From Vicugna vicugna (Eukaryota), in NCBI GenBank assembly GCA_013265495.1, contig MU058198.1, positions 694,419-758,418 on the forward strand: a stretch of 64,000 nucleotides of DNA, read 5' to 3'. Positions 52,503 to 64,000 of this stretch are shown here, one piece after another. Made by a program: the position numbers and the translations under genes. Position 1 is the stretch's first letter, and every line of letters begins with the position of its first letter. The notes beneath the pieces were generated by a model. It saw only the letters and a program-made list of their open reading frames with translations. It was not told the origin of the DNA and ran no database searches.

Positions 52503-52580
52503 TCAGAATCCAAAGAAGATAGGGGAGCCATTCACAGAATTCTTCTCCATTCCATTTGTGGAAGAGTGGCTGAAGGATCA
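52503..52580 (+). CDS. IQCK: IQCK exon 6 (NQNPKKIGEPFTEFFSIPFVEEWLKD); CDS continues beyond this exon
   Basis: Acceptor GACCAG|T, donor CA|GTAAGT; 78 nt, phase 2/2. Matches recalled human NQNPKRAGEPFTEFFSIPFVEE. Downstream IQ-motif exons were not found in the window. Confidence 0.92.
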
Positions 52581-54769
52581 GTAAGTAATGACACAAGGCT
52601 TTGAATAATTTATTCCTAACTTTAAGAGTGTGTTAATGATCATCTCCTCTGATCAAAAAGAACTAACTCATGTAATTTACCCAGGACCCCAAGTTAGTTG
52701 TATCTGTGGCTCTTTCCTCTGGTTACTTTCATTCTAGGCTAAGGGCATCCTGTCCATGCAGTGACAATTCAGGAAGTACTTCATAAACAAAATAGACAAC
52801 TTAAAAAAAATTCTTACCCTAAGGAATTCATCTCTCCATTCTCTCTCCCTCTTCTCCCCACCCCAAAGGTCATTATGTCTATTAAATATGACTAAACTTT
52901 TTTAAACGTCAATTTTTCATTATATGCATCAATTCTACATTTAAAATGTTAGAAATTAGTTGTTTAATTATATAAAATTAGGTTATATCATATAAAATTA
53001 GTAGTAGTAGTTTATTGTCAATATATAGCAATAATAATGATGACAACCAACATTTACTGAGCGCTTGTATCACTGGTCTCAGCACTTAAGGCTAATGAAC
53101 TAACCTGATCCTCATAACAAAGGTATTACCAGCCCTATTTTACAGATGAGGGAATTTATGCATTATTCTGCAACCTGCTTTTATTTGACTCAAATACCTG
53201 CTTTTGAGATATACCCATATTGATTCAATTACATTTAATTCATGCCTTTGAATAGCTTTATAGCATATGTCATTTCTAGATTTGCATAATTTATTCATTC
53301 ATACAATAAATGTTTATTGAATACAACTATGTGCCAAATATCATTCTAAGTGCTGGAGACAGAGCAATGAACAATGTAGCCAAAAGCTCCTGCCTGAGTG
53401 GAGCTTGTATTCTGGTGGGGGGTGGTGACAGACAATAAGCAGATAAACAAGTGCTTTAGGGAAAAATAGAGCAGAGAGGGGAGAATATAGAGTATTGAGG
53501 GGACTTACTTTTATATAAGGTGGTCAGGAAAAACCTCAGTTGGAGGAAGACATTTAAGCAATGGTCCATTATTTTAAGCCACACTTGGAAGAAATTTAGA
53601 GAAAATAATTTTTAATCTGTTTCTTTGAAAATGTTTTCACACCAGCCCTTTGCAAGAACCAGGTCAGGAAACTGAGGCACTAAGCAGTAAAGCAAGGCTT
53701 ATAGAACCCCATAATAAACAGAGTAGAAGCCATTCAATTGGACCCTTAGCCCTCAAATGTCATATCTTTTACTTAAATCTGCCCTTGGGAATGCCAAGTT
53801 GAACAGACTGTTGGCCGACTTCCTCAATTTTGAGATTTTTAAAGATTCCAGGTATTATCAGTTTTTAAAAGTATGAGACTACACATTGAAAAGAGAACGA
53901 TATTAGAAAACCTCGTTTCTTATTAAGCTTCTAAACCTGTGCCTAATTTTGTCCACTATGAAAATGAAAAGCCCATAATTTATTGACTGTAAATGATTAA
54001 TAAATAAAAGACTTGCATATATTTTTCAAAGACAGGTTTTTTTTTGGTATCATTCTCCAAGTTGAAAATGAAACATTTTCCCGCTTACAATGACCGATGA
54101 AAAAGAATCTTAAAAATAAGAGAATTTCTCTAAGTAAGAGGTCTCTCAAATCCCTAGTCATTTACTGTACAAATACCTAAGTTTAAAATGGTTGCTAACT
54201 TCCACTGGCAGCTCATATAAAGATACTGCAAAGTAGCCATAGCATCATTTCAGCCAGACTTGACGAGGACAAAAACCCAAGAGCGCTTGCTTTAACCCGC
54301 ATTTGTGTTCCTGGCTTCCATTATCTTTCAAAGAGATGCTCAGAGCATGATAGAATTCTAAACGATACTCATCTAATTTAATGCAAGAAATTTTTATTGA
54401 AAACTTACCAAATCCAATGCAAAGAGCTTTGTTGCGGTGGAGACAACAAAGATGAATAAAATATGGCTCCGGCCCTTGGGGGTGAGAGAGGTGTGTTTAT
54501 AACTAGCTGTAGTTTCTGTAGTGTGTGTTGTAAAACAGCTGTTAACCGAGCATTAAAGGGAAATAGGGACACACGAGATCCTCTGTGCCCCCACCCCTGT
54601 CACCCTGCAGCAGGCCTGGAGCCAGCCCAGTTAGGCCAGTGGCCAAGCTGCTTGGTGCCCGGATTTGGTCTTGATGAGGCAAGAACTCAGATTCTCCTCA
54701 AGAACACTCTTGAACAGGGTGTGTCAGAGAGGCAGGGAAGGCAGGAGCCGGGAAACAGTATCTGATCCC

Positions 54770-54986
54770 GCTCTTCCCAGCCTCAGCACTTCTGACGTTT
54801 AGCACCAGGTAATTGTTCGTTGTGGGGGGCTGACCTGTGCACTGCAGGATGTTCCACAGCATCTCTGCCCCCGCTGCCATGTCCTACTAGCACCCCCTGC
54901 AGTCGTCACCATCAAGAATGTCTCCAGACACTTGCATCTGTGGGATGAGGGGAGACAGAAAAATTGCCCCTGGTTGAGAACTTCTG
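54770..54986 (+). mobile_element. MER20-like hAT MITE
   Basis: CCTCAGCACT...GTGCACTGCAGGATGTT...AATGTCTCCAGACA...CCCCTGGTTGAGAAC. Confidence 0.75.
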
Positions 54987-55374
54987 ATTGAGTCCAGAGG
55001 GAAAAGCGAAAGGACATTTGAAGTGGAAAGGAGAAAAGCTGAGAAAGCTCATGGTTGCTACTGTCTTTCTGGTCGTTCACGTGGATGTGAAGGCATCTGC
55101 TGAAAGGGAGGCCCAGGCAGGTTCTGGAGGCTTGTGGTGGGGAGGGGGAGAGGCTGCGACAGCTGCTGGGGTGAAACCGGTAGGGAAGCAACCAGGGATA
55201 AATACGGATGGCCCAGCTGATGGCCTGAATTTGTGGTGCCTGTAAACAGCCTGCTTGTGAGATTATTTCCAGCAACCCTGGAAAGGGGGTGGAGAAAACA
55301 GATGGTTGTGTGAAATCCGGGTTGAAAACTGGCAAAGATAATGTAGTAAAAGGTCTAGACTAGGCCCAGAGGCT

Positions 55375-55921
55375 TGTCGGGGAGGAAGAAATTTCCCTCT
55401 ACCTTTCTAGGTTCTTCTGGCTGGCCTAAGAATTAAATTACATGAGACAGATTGACAAGAGAAATCAAACAAAAGTTGAGTAATACGCACGCACAGGAGA
55501 GATCCAGAACTGAGTAACTCACTACAATGACCGAAACCCTCACTTTAAATACCATCTTCAGCTAAAGACAGAAGAGGATGTTGGGGATAGGGATCCGGGA
55601 CTTCAAAGGGGTGGAAGGCAATTGACATGAAGATGGAAAAGCAAATGTTTGGTAAATAAATGTCTGAGGGCCAGGCAGAGACAATGGGACAGAGAGTGGA
55701 CTCTGATCTCTAAGAGTTCCCTCCAACATTAGCCCACATTCTTTTCAGATATCTCTGGTGATAGCTCTATTCCAGGCGCAGGCCCTCTATATAAATTCTT
55801 TCTGGGCAGTTAAGAGAAAGGTCAAAGTTTCTCCCTGAGTCTTTGGGGCCTTGATTGTTTTCAGCCCCAAATAATCCTCATGCCAAAGAGACAATCTGGG
55901 GCCGAAAGTTTTGCTCTCTTA
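55375..55921 (-). mobile_element. Solo ERV1 LTR (MER34-like)
   Basis: Minus strand has CTCTTTGGCATGAGGATTATTTGGGGCTGAAAAC near its start, resembling MER34-group LTRs; plus strand begins TGTCGGGGAGG. Confidence 0.6.
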
Positions 55922-58900
55922 GAGGATCTTAAGTATACGAGAAAGCATTGTTAAGTTTTCTAAGAATAATGTCCTATATTTTTTTCTCATAAATGACCAT
56001 ATTTTCTGAATTATGTTAATGATTTAACAACCAGTTTTCAGGTAGAGAAAGAAACACTATATCATGTATTCACATTGGAAGTAAGAAACACACCAAACTT
56101 GGAAACGCTAAGATGGGGTTGGTGGGCTCCATATGGTTTTTGAAATTTCAGTGGATCTTATTGGGATCCAGATTCAAAGGAACAATCTAAAAGGAAAAAT
56201 TAGGAGGCAGTTGAAAATTTGAACACTTAGTAAATGATTGATGATATAAAGATTTATTGTTATTTCATTTAAGGTATGATAATAATGATTTCATAATAGT
56301 CATGATAAAAAAGTTATTACCTTTTAGAGAAGCATGCTGAAATATTTATGAATGAAATATAAAATCATATGATGTCAGGGAATAGGGTTAAGGGGATGTT
56401 CCACTGAGTGACTTGACATGGAAAACAGTGTAATTGAAACTGGATGGTGATCTGGGTTCGTTTTTTTTTTCCTGCCTACTTTTTTATATCTTTAAATTTT
56501 TCCACAATAAAACAGTAACAGGAAAAGAAACAATAAGATGTTTCAAAACTCTCCCTGAGCGCCTGACTGAATAGCGGAGGTGCAGTGAGCAAGGAGGCAC
56601 CTGTCTATTGACCGGCAGGCAGTGAACTGGGAGGGCTGAGGGCTGTTCTCCGCTAGAGATGGCAGGAGCAACAGACAGTGGAGGAGACTGAATTTTCATG
56701 TGATTATGCTGCGATGCCCAAATGGCACGGAAGGAGAATGGCCCTGGAGTGGCAGGGGGTGGTGGGTGCACAGAGTGACAGGTATGGGCCCCTGTGAGAA
56801 GCCTCGTGGTGCTGGGAAGCCTTGGTCACCCATGTCGAGACCTGGCTCTGAATGTGCACAGCTCATCAACCAGTTCCCTCTCATCCGCCTCATTCTTCCT
56901 CCCTGCCCCACGCCAATGCCAAACCCAGATCTCCCTAGCAACAATGAGAATGAGGATTAATATGATCAGAGCTTTGGGCTTGCCCTAAGAACATGGCTTC
57001 AATAATCTCGGAGTCCCTGGGGAGCAAGAAAATGGTTTTGTAGGTCGAGTCAGCATAGTAATTCTTTTTAGGCTTTGCAGGCCACAGAAGGTCTCTGCTG
57101 CAGCTCCTCAAACCCACAGACGTAGCATGAACGCAGCCATATGTGACAGCATGTGAGCAAATGGGCAGGGCTGTATTCCAGCACAACTGTGTTTACAAGA
57201 TTAGGGATGGGCCACATTAGGCCAATGGGCCATAGTTTGCTGAGCCTTCTTCTAGATGGACACCGATAACCCAAATCCTAGTCTCATGAAAGGGGAGAAA
57301 CCAAAGTAAATAGAAGTGAGTAGGTGGGAAAGATAAAAGGCCAGAGAAGGTTATGATCAGATCAGGAATTTGGGAAGTTGAGATGTGAAAGTCTTCAGGG
57401 ACGACCTATTCTAAGATGTGACTGTTCTACTGAGTGACTGTCCCAAAGGAAGATGGGGGTCATGGCGTCAGGTGGCCTGGAGGCCATGGTGTTGGAGGTA
57501 ACATCAGCATGAATAATGAAGTATCTGAGAAGGCTTGTAGGGGTGGGTTGAAGAAGTCAACTCCTAGAGCTATCACAGGTGGTATAAGAGTGTCCTGGAA
57601 AAAAAAAAAAAAAAGAGTGTCCTGGAAGTCAAAGCAGTGGCAGTGGAGTGTCGGGGTTAGGAGCTTGGGCTCTGGAATCACAACTCTGCATTCTAAACTG
57701 TGCTCTACTGCTTCCAGCTGTTTTATTCCTGGCACAGCTGACTTAAGGTCTCTGAGCCTCAGTTTCTCCATCTGTAAAATGGTCTTTCATCTAAACAAGT
57801 TTGATTCCTTACCCAAGAGGAATTTGGTGTCAGCTCTTCAGGGAGTACATTTTTTTTTCCCACTACTGATACCTATACCAAAGGGTGTGCTTCAGTATTT
57901 AAAGAGAGTTATTTTTAATTTATTTGTTTATCTATTCATATAATATTTATTAAATGCTTAAATGGGCTCTAAAATCATGGAACAGGCATATTTATAAACT
58001 GCTGGCTACCATTTATTGGATGCCTACTATGTGCCATGGAACCGTGACAGACAAACACAGTCCATGTCTTCATGGACAGATAGATTGTGTGTGTGCTTGG
58101 ATTGCAGTATATATGTACTTGTTTATGCTAATTCAATGTTGTACTCTTGAGGGAAGAAGAGAGAAAAAGAGAAAGAGAGAGGGAGAGAGAAAGAGGGATA
58201 AGATTTTTTTTAATGCAGGCAATTCTCCTCACCTTTGTACTCCGGAGGTGAAGCATAAAATAGGACACAGGACTCAGCTCTTTCCTTACTTGTCCTCAGT
58301 TTTTGTGACACTCATAACATGAGCAGCCCATCAGGCAGCTACTTCCTTCTGCCTGTCTGTCTACCTACATGATCCACCTGCCTACCTACCTATCTGCCAA
58401 CCAAACATTTATATAATGTTTACACAGATACTATCCTGAACAATTAATAAATATTACCTAATTTAACTCACATAAGAACCCTACAAGGTAAGAATTATTA
58501 TTTCCCCATTGTATTAATCAGGCTAGTCTAGGCTAGGTCTCAGTTATAAACACTAGCAAAATACCCAATAACAGCTTATGTCTTACTTATACAAAGACTG
58601 ATACAGGTTGGACAGCCTTCTTCTATAAATTATGGCCATTTGAAACGGGTCGTATTTGAAGTCACTGAAGCAAAGGAAGAAAAGAATCGAGGAGGCACCC
58701 TAGTTTCTAGCCTTCTCACCTCTCGTCACAGAGCATGGCTCCAAACCAACTGCCAAGGAGGCTGAGACATGTCAGGCAACGCTGGCTAGTCCATGGGTTC
58801 CAGCTGTGCCAGCAACAGCCATAGTTGAGAGAAAGAACTGAGGCACAAGAGGTGTAAATTTTTTGCCCAAGATCGCAAGCTAGTAAATAGCAGAGGCAGG

Positions 58901-59780
58901 ATCTGAACCCCAGGCAGCCGGGCTCCGGAGTCCGTGCCCTTAAGAGCGTGATGAATTACTCTGCTCTCATTAAGTGTGTTAAGGGGAAATTTTGACTAAA
59001 TGTGATTTTCGTCTTATGTGCTTATTTGATGAGTTTGCACTGAGCCTCCAGTGTACTCTGAGTTACTCTGAAAGTTAGCTCCTGTGTAAGATGCCACTCC
59101 TTGTGGTATCACGTGTGCTAACATTCATTGCCTCAAATAATCTTATCTACTAGCCCGAGGAGCCATCCAAAATATGAGTTTGGGTCTTATTTTAATGTTC
59201 TCGGGAAGACAAATTCTACCAAGCTCAGCTGTCTCTGATGCTCCATGTCATTATATTGTCAGATCACAGCTGGTAGGTTGCAGTCATTTGTCACGGGCGG
59301 CTGCCAATTGCTTATCACAGAAACGGTGGGCCTTCTCCCACAGGTCACTGTAATTTAACATACTCTTCACTCTGCACGTCCCCTCTCAGTTACCCATTTC
59401 TTTTCCATGACTCTTTTTTTAAGAACTGCATTTTTATGTAGCTATTTTATGTAGACATTGATAACCCTTAAAAAATTATCTTAGGTTTATCAAAATAACT
59501 AAGATTTATCATAGAGACAATATGCATATTTGTTAAATAAGCTATACAGTGAAAAGGAAATGTTTTCAAATCAAGAATCATCACAGAATTAAATAACTCT
59601 AGACCTAAAAAGTCTTTCAAAAGGCTGTTTCACTCCAAATGGCAGCAACATGGCTTTTATCTGCTCCTCTGTATTTATGGTAGCTTTCCTATTGTCTGAA
59701 GAGTTACTTTAAGAATCAAAAACAATTGTAAAGTGAAAGGATCTTTATTCTATTTCTTTTTATTCTATTTTCTTGCTTTC

Positions 59781-60385
59781 TGTGGTAGATGTCTGTTTTT
59801 TCCAGCCCTGCACTGATTTTCTCTTCGTTTGGTTGCAGAACTCCCTATGCTTTTAGAAGGATCACCCCTCTGCCATTCTCAGTTCACACAAAAAGTGAGC
59901 TGAGTCCACCTCTGGCTCTGGGCTGAGTATGTGACCCAGGCCTGGCCCTGGACTGAATATGTGACCCAGGCCTGGCCAATCAGAGCAGTGAATCCCCCTG
60001 ACCACCAAACATGGTTGCTCCCAAATTGGTTCCATTAGAGAACATCCCGAGATTTTTTAAGAAGCCACCAGGAAAATTTTTCTGTCTTTCCCTCTAGGCT
60101 TGGAGCTTTGTGGCTATCAGCTTGGGCTGCTAAGGGCAACCATCTAAAGAGACTGTGCCTGAGATAACAGCAGAGCTGAGAGGTGGCTGGAGCCTGAATC
60201 CCTATGGCATTGTTTTGAGCCTCCCTATCTGGCCATGCCTAAAGCCAGTTCTACCTTTAGTAGTTAAATGACCTTTTTTTTTCTTTTTCTTCTTCTTCTT
60301 CTTCTTTTTTTTTTTTTTTTTTTTGGCTTAAGCCAGTTTGAGTTAGATTTCTGATACCTGCGAATGAAAGAGTCCTGACTGATAT
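59781..60385 (+). mobile_element. LTR16-like ERVL LTR with internal 30-bp tandem duplication
   Basis: TGTGGTAGATG start; GTGACCCAGGCCTGGCCAATCAGA; end GCTTAAGCCAGTTTGAGTT...GAGTCCTGACTGATA. Confidence 0.6.
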
Positions 60386-63300
60386 ATTCTCCTACGTGAT
60401 ATTTACCCAGCTACCCTCCAGTATTCTGTATCAGCCAGCTTTATCTAGGTTTTGCTGCAGTAACAAACAACTCTTACATTTCAGGGCTTTATAACAACAA
60501 AGACTGATCCTTCACCCTGTTTTATGTTGGCTGTGTGTCCCCTTTGGCTCTACTCCACGTCTGTTTTTGTTCCGGGCCCCAGGATGAAGGAGCAGCACCC
60601 TCCCTCACACTCATAGCAGAGGGAGAAGAGTAAGGGCCCAGCTACACAATGGTGAACATCACTTCTGCTCAGATTTCATTGGTCAACACAAGTCCCATGG
60701 CCAAGTTCGATATCAGTGCTATAGGGAAGTTGACACCACTCCAAGGGAGAAATCACAAGGCGAATGGCAAAGAGCAGGGACACATGATTCTCTTACAAGG
60801 AAAGGAGTGATAGTTGGGAGCAGTAATACGATCTGCACATGCTTAGCCCAGAGCCCGAGGAGGGTGTTTTCTTCCCCACCTTTCAACAGCGGTGGATTAC
60901 ATCGTATCTCCTGCTGGCCTTACTCCCATTTATGAATCCAGGCCCATCCTCTTTTGTGATGTATAGTCCTGACTTAACCAGCCAATCAGAAGCAATGAAA
61001 TTATTTGCTTTCGTATTAAGAACAGGAAACAGTTCGCTTTTTATTTTGACTGAAAAGCCTCCGTCCCATTCATTTTCAAAAATAAATCACTAAATAAACA
61101 CAAGGAACCAAAGTGTGCTGCTGCCTCTCTGATCCTGTGTCCCAGGGGAGAAGGTTCATGAAAGACATCATTAAAACTGAGACTTTCAATGAGACAAAGA
61201 TTGTGTTTAGAAGAGAAAAGAAAGATTGCTCTGGGCAAAATGTCTTTTCAGCTAAGTTCTACCCTTGGATAAAGGAAAAGGGAAGAAAAGAAAAATCCAC
61301 GATACTTTCAGGTTGGTGAAAGATATCTTATGACCAAAAACTGAGGTGAAAACAGAAGTGCCACTGTGCCATTTGAGGACAAGCACCAGCCATACGATGG
61401 TCTGCTTGTGCTGAACTTACCAGTGGGACCCAAAACTCTGGTGCCTTCAAAATGGGACAGGAAATGGCATGCATTTTGCACTAGAGATCACAGTTAAATG
61501 GTAGCCTGGCAGAAAATGTGCCGTCATGCCCTGTTGAAAGGAGAAAATCCTTTTAATTCATTTTGTCTTATAGAAGATTTCTGTCTCGGTAATTGCAGAG
61601 GCCAGAGTCTCATGAGGATAATGAATCATCTTTGCTCCTTATGTTAGCTTTCGTCTTCAAACAGGAAGGAAGGAGAGCTATTTCCTGAATTCAGGACACG
61701 CTGGGATACATAAATCTTCAGCGCGTCTCCCTTTCGCTGGAAGTTTGTCGTGTGGGTGGCCCCTTCTCTGGGGCACATGGTACTGCTTCCTCCCCTTCTG
61801 CCTGTTATTTCTAGGCGACTCTCTGCGAACAAGCTTGGGGAGCCCGTGTGAGGCACACGGCAGACACATCTGGGTTCCAATCTTAGCCCTGCCATTTATT
61901 AGTTGATGTATTCTTTTCACGTGGCTGCTGAATGCATTACCACAACCTTTGTGGCTTAAAACAACACAGGTTTATTCTCTTAACAGTTCTGGAGGCCAGA
62001 ATTCCAAAATCAGCAACCTGGGCATATTTATCACACAGCATTTAAGTATCACAGCCTGATTTTTGAGTTGGTTATACCTGCAGCCCAAGGGTGTGCACAT
62101 GGTCCTACACTGAGTTGTTTAGTGAACACTGTTAACTGGACCCACATGTGGCTTCCATCCCTGGGGTTGGTAGAATGGGACTTGGCTCTGTGTTCACCTA
62201 GGAGAGTGATTTAGGCTGATGCTGGGGTAATAACTGCTTGATCGTCTCCCAGGGTGGAGTTGGTGACGGGGTGAAGCGAGATCACGTCCTAGGAACCATG
62301 ATGCCTAAGTGTGCTGTAGGCTGTTAGAGATTAACGCAGGCAGCTCTTCCCTACTGGCTGTCGGAGCTATTGCTTCCGCCGTAGAAGGCTGGACGTCGCA
62401 GAATCCTATGAGATTCTGTCCTAGTGGCTAGTCTGAAAGTACCATTCTGCATAACATCTATTGTACTTCTTCCAAATATTTGAAGTTCATTACTCAAGAC
62501 TGTGATGCCTCCAACACAGAATGTTTGGGAAACCAGTTAAGGTGAGGGCAGAGACTACTGGGTAACCTCTTTTGCTGAATACGATGGGTAAATGTCACCA
62601 GGAACTGGCTATATGAATTGGTGAAAGGCTTTATGAATGATGGTTGACTTAGGGCCTGTGTCATTTTGTAAATGGCTTTGCATCTGGGTTGTGTTTTCAT
62701 GTTACAAGAAAATAACTTACTCTCTTACCTAATGAAAAGTGGGAAAAAATTTGGATTTCAAGATTCAGTTTTAGATATAAAGCAAGGATTTCTCCTTTCT
62801 GCTTCATTCTTCTTAAATGCCATTTTGTTTGGTACTTTTGTCTTAGAACTAGATGGAGAGATTAATAAAGACTAATTTCTTAGATTCTCTTATATATTTT
62901 GTAAGCACGCTGTAGCTTCTTTAGGTCCTGAGATCTTTTACTGAGCATCCAAATGTGGGGGGGTGGGTGTGTGTGCACATTTTACATACACAGGCAATCA
63001 GAAAAATAAATTCTTGTTCCTTCTCAGAATTACAGCATCAGTTGTTGTGACTCACATATATTCAATTCACTTTTGAGAAGAAGGAGGACATAACAAATGA
63101 GAACTACCACTAAGACAATTCTTCTTACAAACACACTCAGCAGTCCTGTTTTGCCAGTTGGAACGCGCAGACCTATTTGCTCTGGGGACGTCCAATTCAT
63201 GCCCTTGAGGAGCCTTGGCTGCCGCCTTCTGTGATTGACACATGCGTCTCCTCTCTCCTCCCCTCCCGTCCCCGGTTCCCCGATGATCAGCAGTCGCCTC

Positions 63301-64000
63301 TGCTAAATCTCAATTTTTATTTGACCTGAAGCCAGTTGCACTGATTCCAAAAGAGAAAGGGCCTGGCCTGGCTTCTATGCCTGCAGGCCTGCCTGCTGAA
63401 ATGATTGATAATACCTGGGGACCGCTCTCTGAAGATTAAGTCCTTTTCATTTGGCCTTCTCGTACTTACTCTTGCTGGAGGAACTAGACAGCGCCCCATT
63501 CTTTAGCCATGAAAGCAGGGATGTCACTAAAGGTGGCCTCATATTACTGTTTAAAGGCCTATTAGAAATCTCATTTTTTTTTTTGAGATGTCATTGTGAT
63601 GCAAAGTGGTTTGGGGTTTCATTACCGGTGCAAGCCCTTTGTTGGGCTGGCCCGGCCTGTTGTGTCCCCAGATTTGTTATTCTTTCCTTGACTGCTATTC
63701 CAAAGCGGGAATACTGATACTTGGAGGATTTTGTACCGTCAGTTAGAGAAAAACATACTTAAAGCAGGAAAATCGTAGCTGAACGGAAAGGCGCCATCAA
63801 ATCTCCCCTCGGATACAAGCGACAAACTGCACTTTGTTCTGCTGCCCTGTTGTTGGGTTTCCCTGTGGGGCTTCAGGCAAACGAAGCCCTGCCAAGTTAT
63901 TACTGTAAGGTTGCAGGAAGACGGCATTTTCTATGGTGACAGCGTTTTCTTCCCTCGTTTTTTTCCTTCTCGGCAAATGGCTGTGTTTTCCTCTGTTTAA

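Noticed and set aside
1..64000. Prokaryote-style systems (CRISPR arrays, operons, defence islands) or an intact retroviral/transposase gene
   Set aside because: This is intron-rich mammalian DNA with no regularly spaced repeat-spacer array and no long intact mobile-element ORF.

Overview
Mammalian genomic DNA. The species is probably a camelid, inferred from young tRNA-derived SINEs resembling the camelid Vic-1 family and artiodactyl-type L1 3' ends. Two genes sit head-to-head on a CpG-island bidirectional promoter at about 13.9-14.8 kb. KNOP1 (lysine-rich nucleolar protein 1) is on the minus strand with a complete 458-aa CDS in four coding exons (11514-10597, 7781-7713, 4625-4548, 2309-1998) and a probable non-coding exon 1 ending at 14209. 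IQCK is on the plus strand with its first six coding exons (ATG 14358 to 52580; 202 codons plus 2 nt); the IQ-motif exons were not found here and probably lie beyond the window. The rest is intronic and full of MIR, L2, L1, HAL1, Tigger, MER, MLT and ERV LTR relics and microsatellites, with one 134-N gap. Most ORFs in the supplied track are spurious. I see no convincing novel biological system. The most interesting details are a dyad-symmetric double ETS site plus an RFX X-box in the shared promoter, a possible recursive splice site at KNOP1 exon 4, an atypical IQCK exon 6 acceptor, and several minimal or nested retrotransposition footprints. Repeat family names come from recalled consensus similarity, not from a search.
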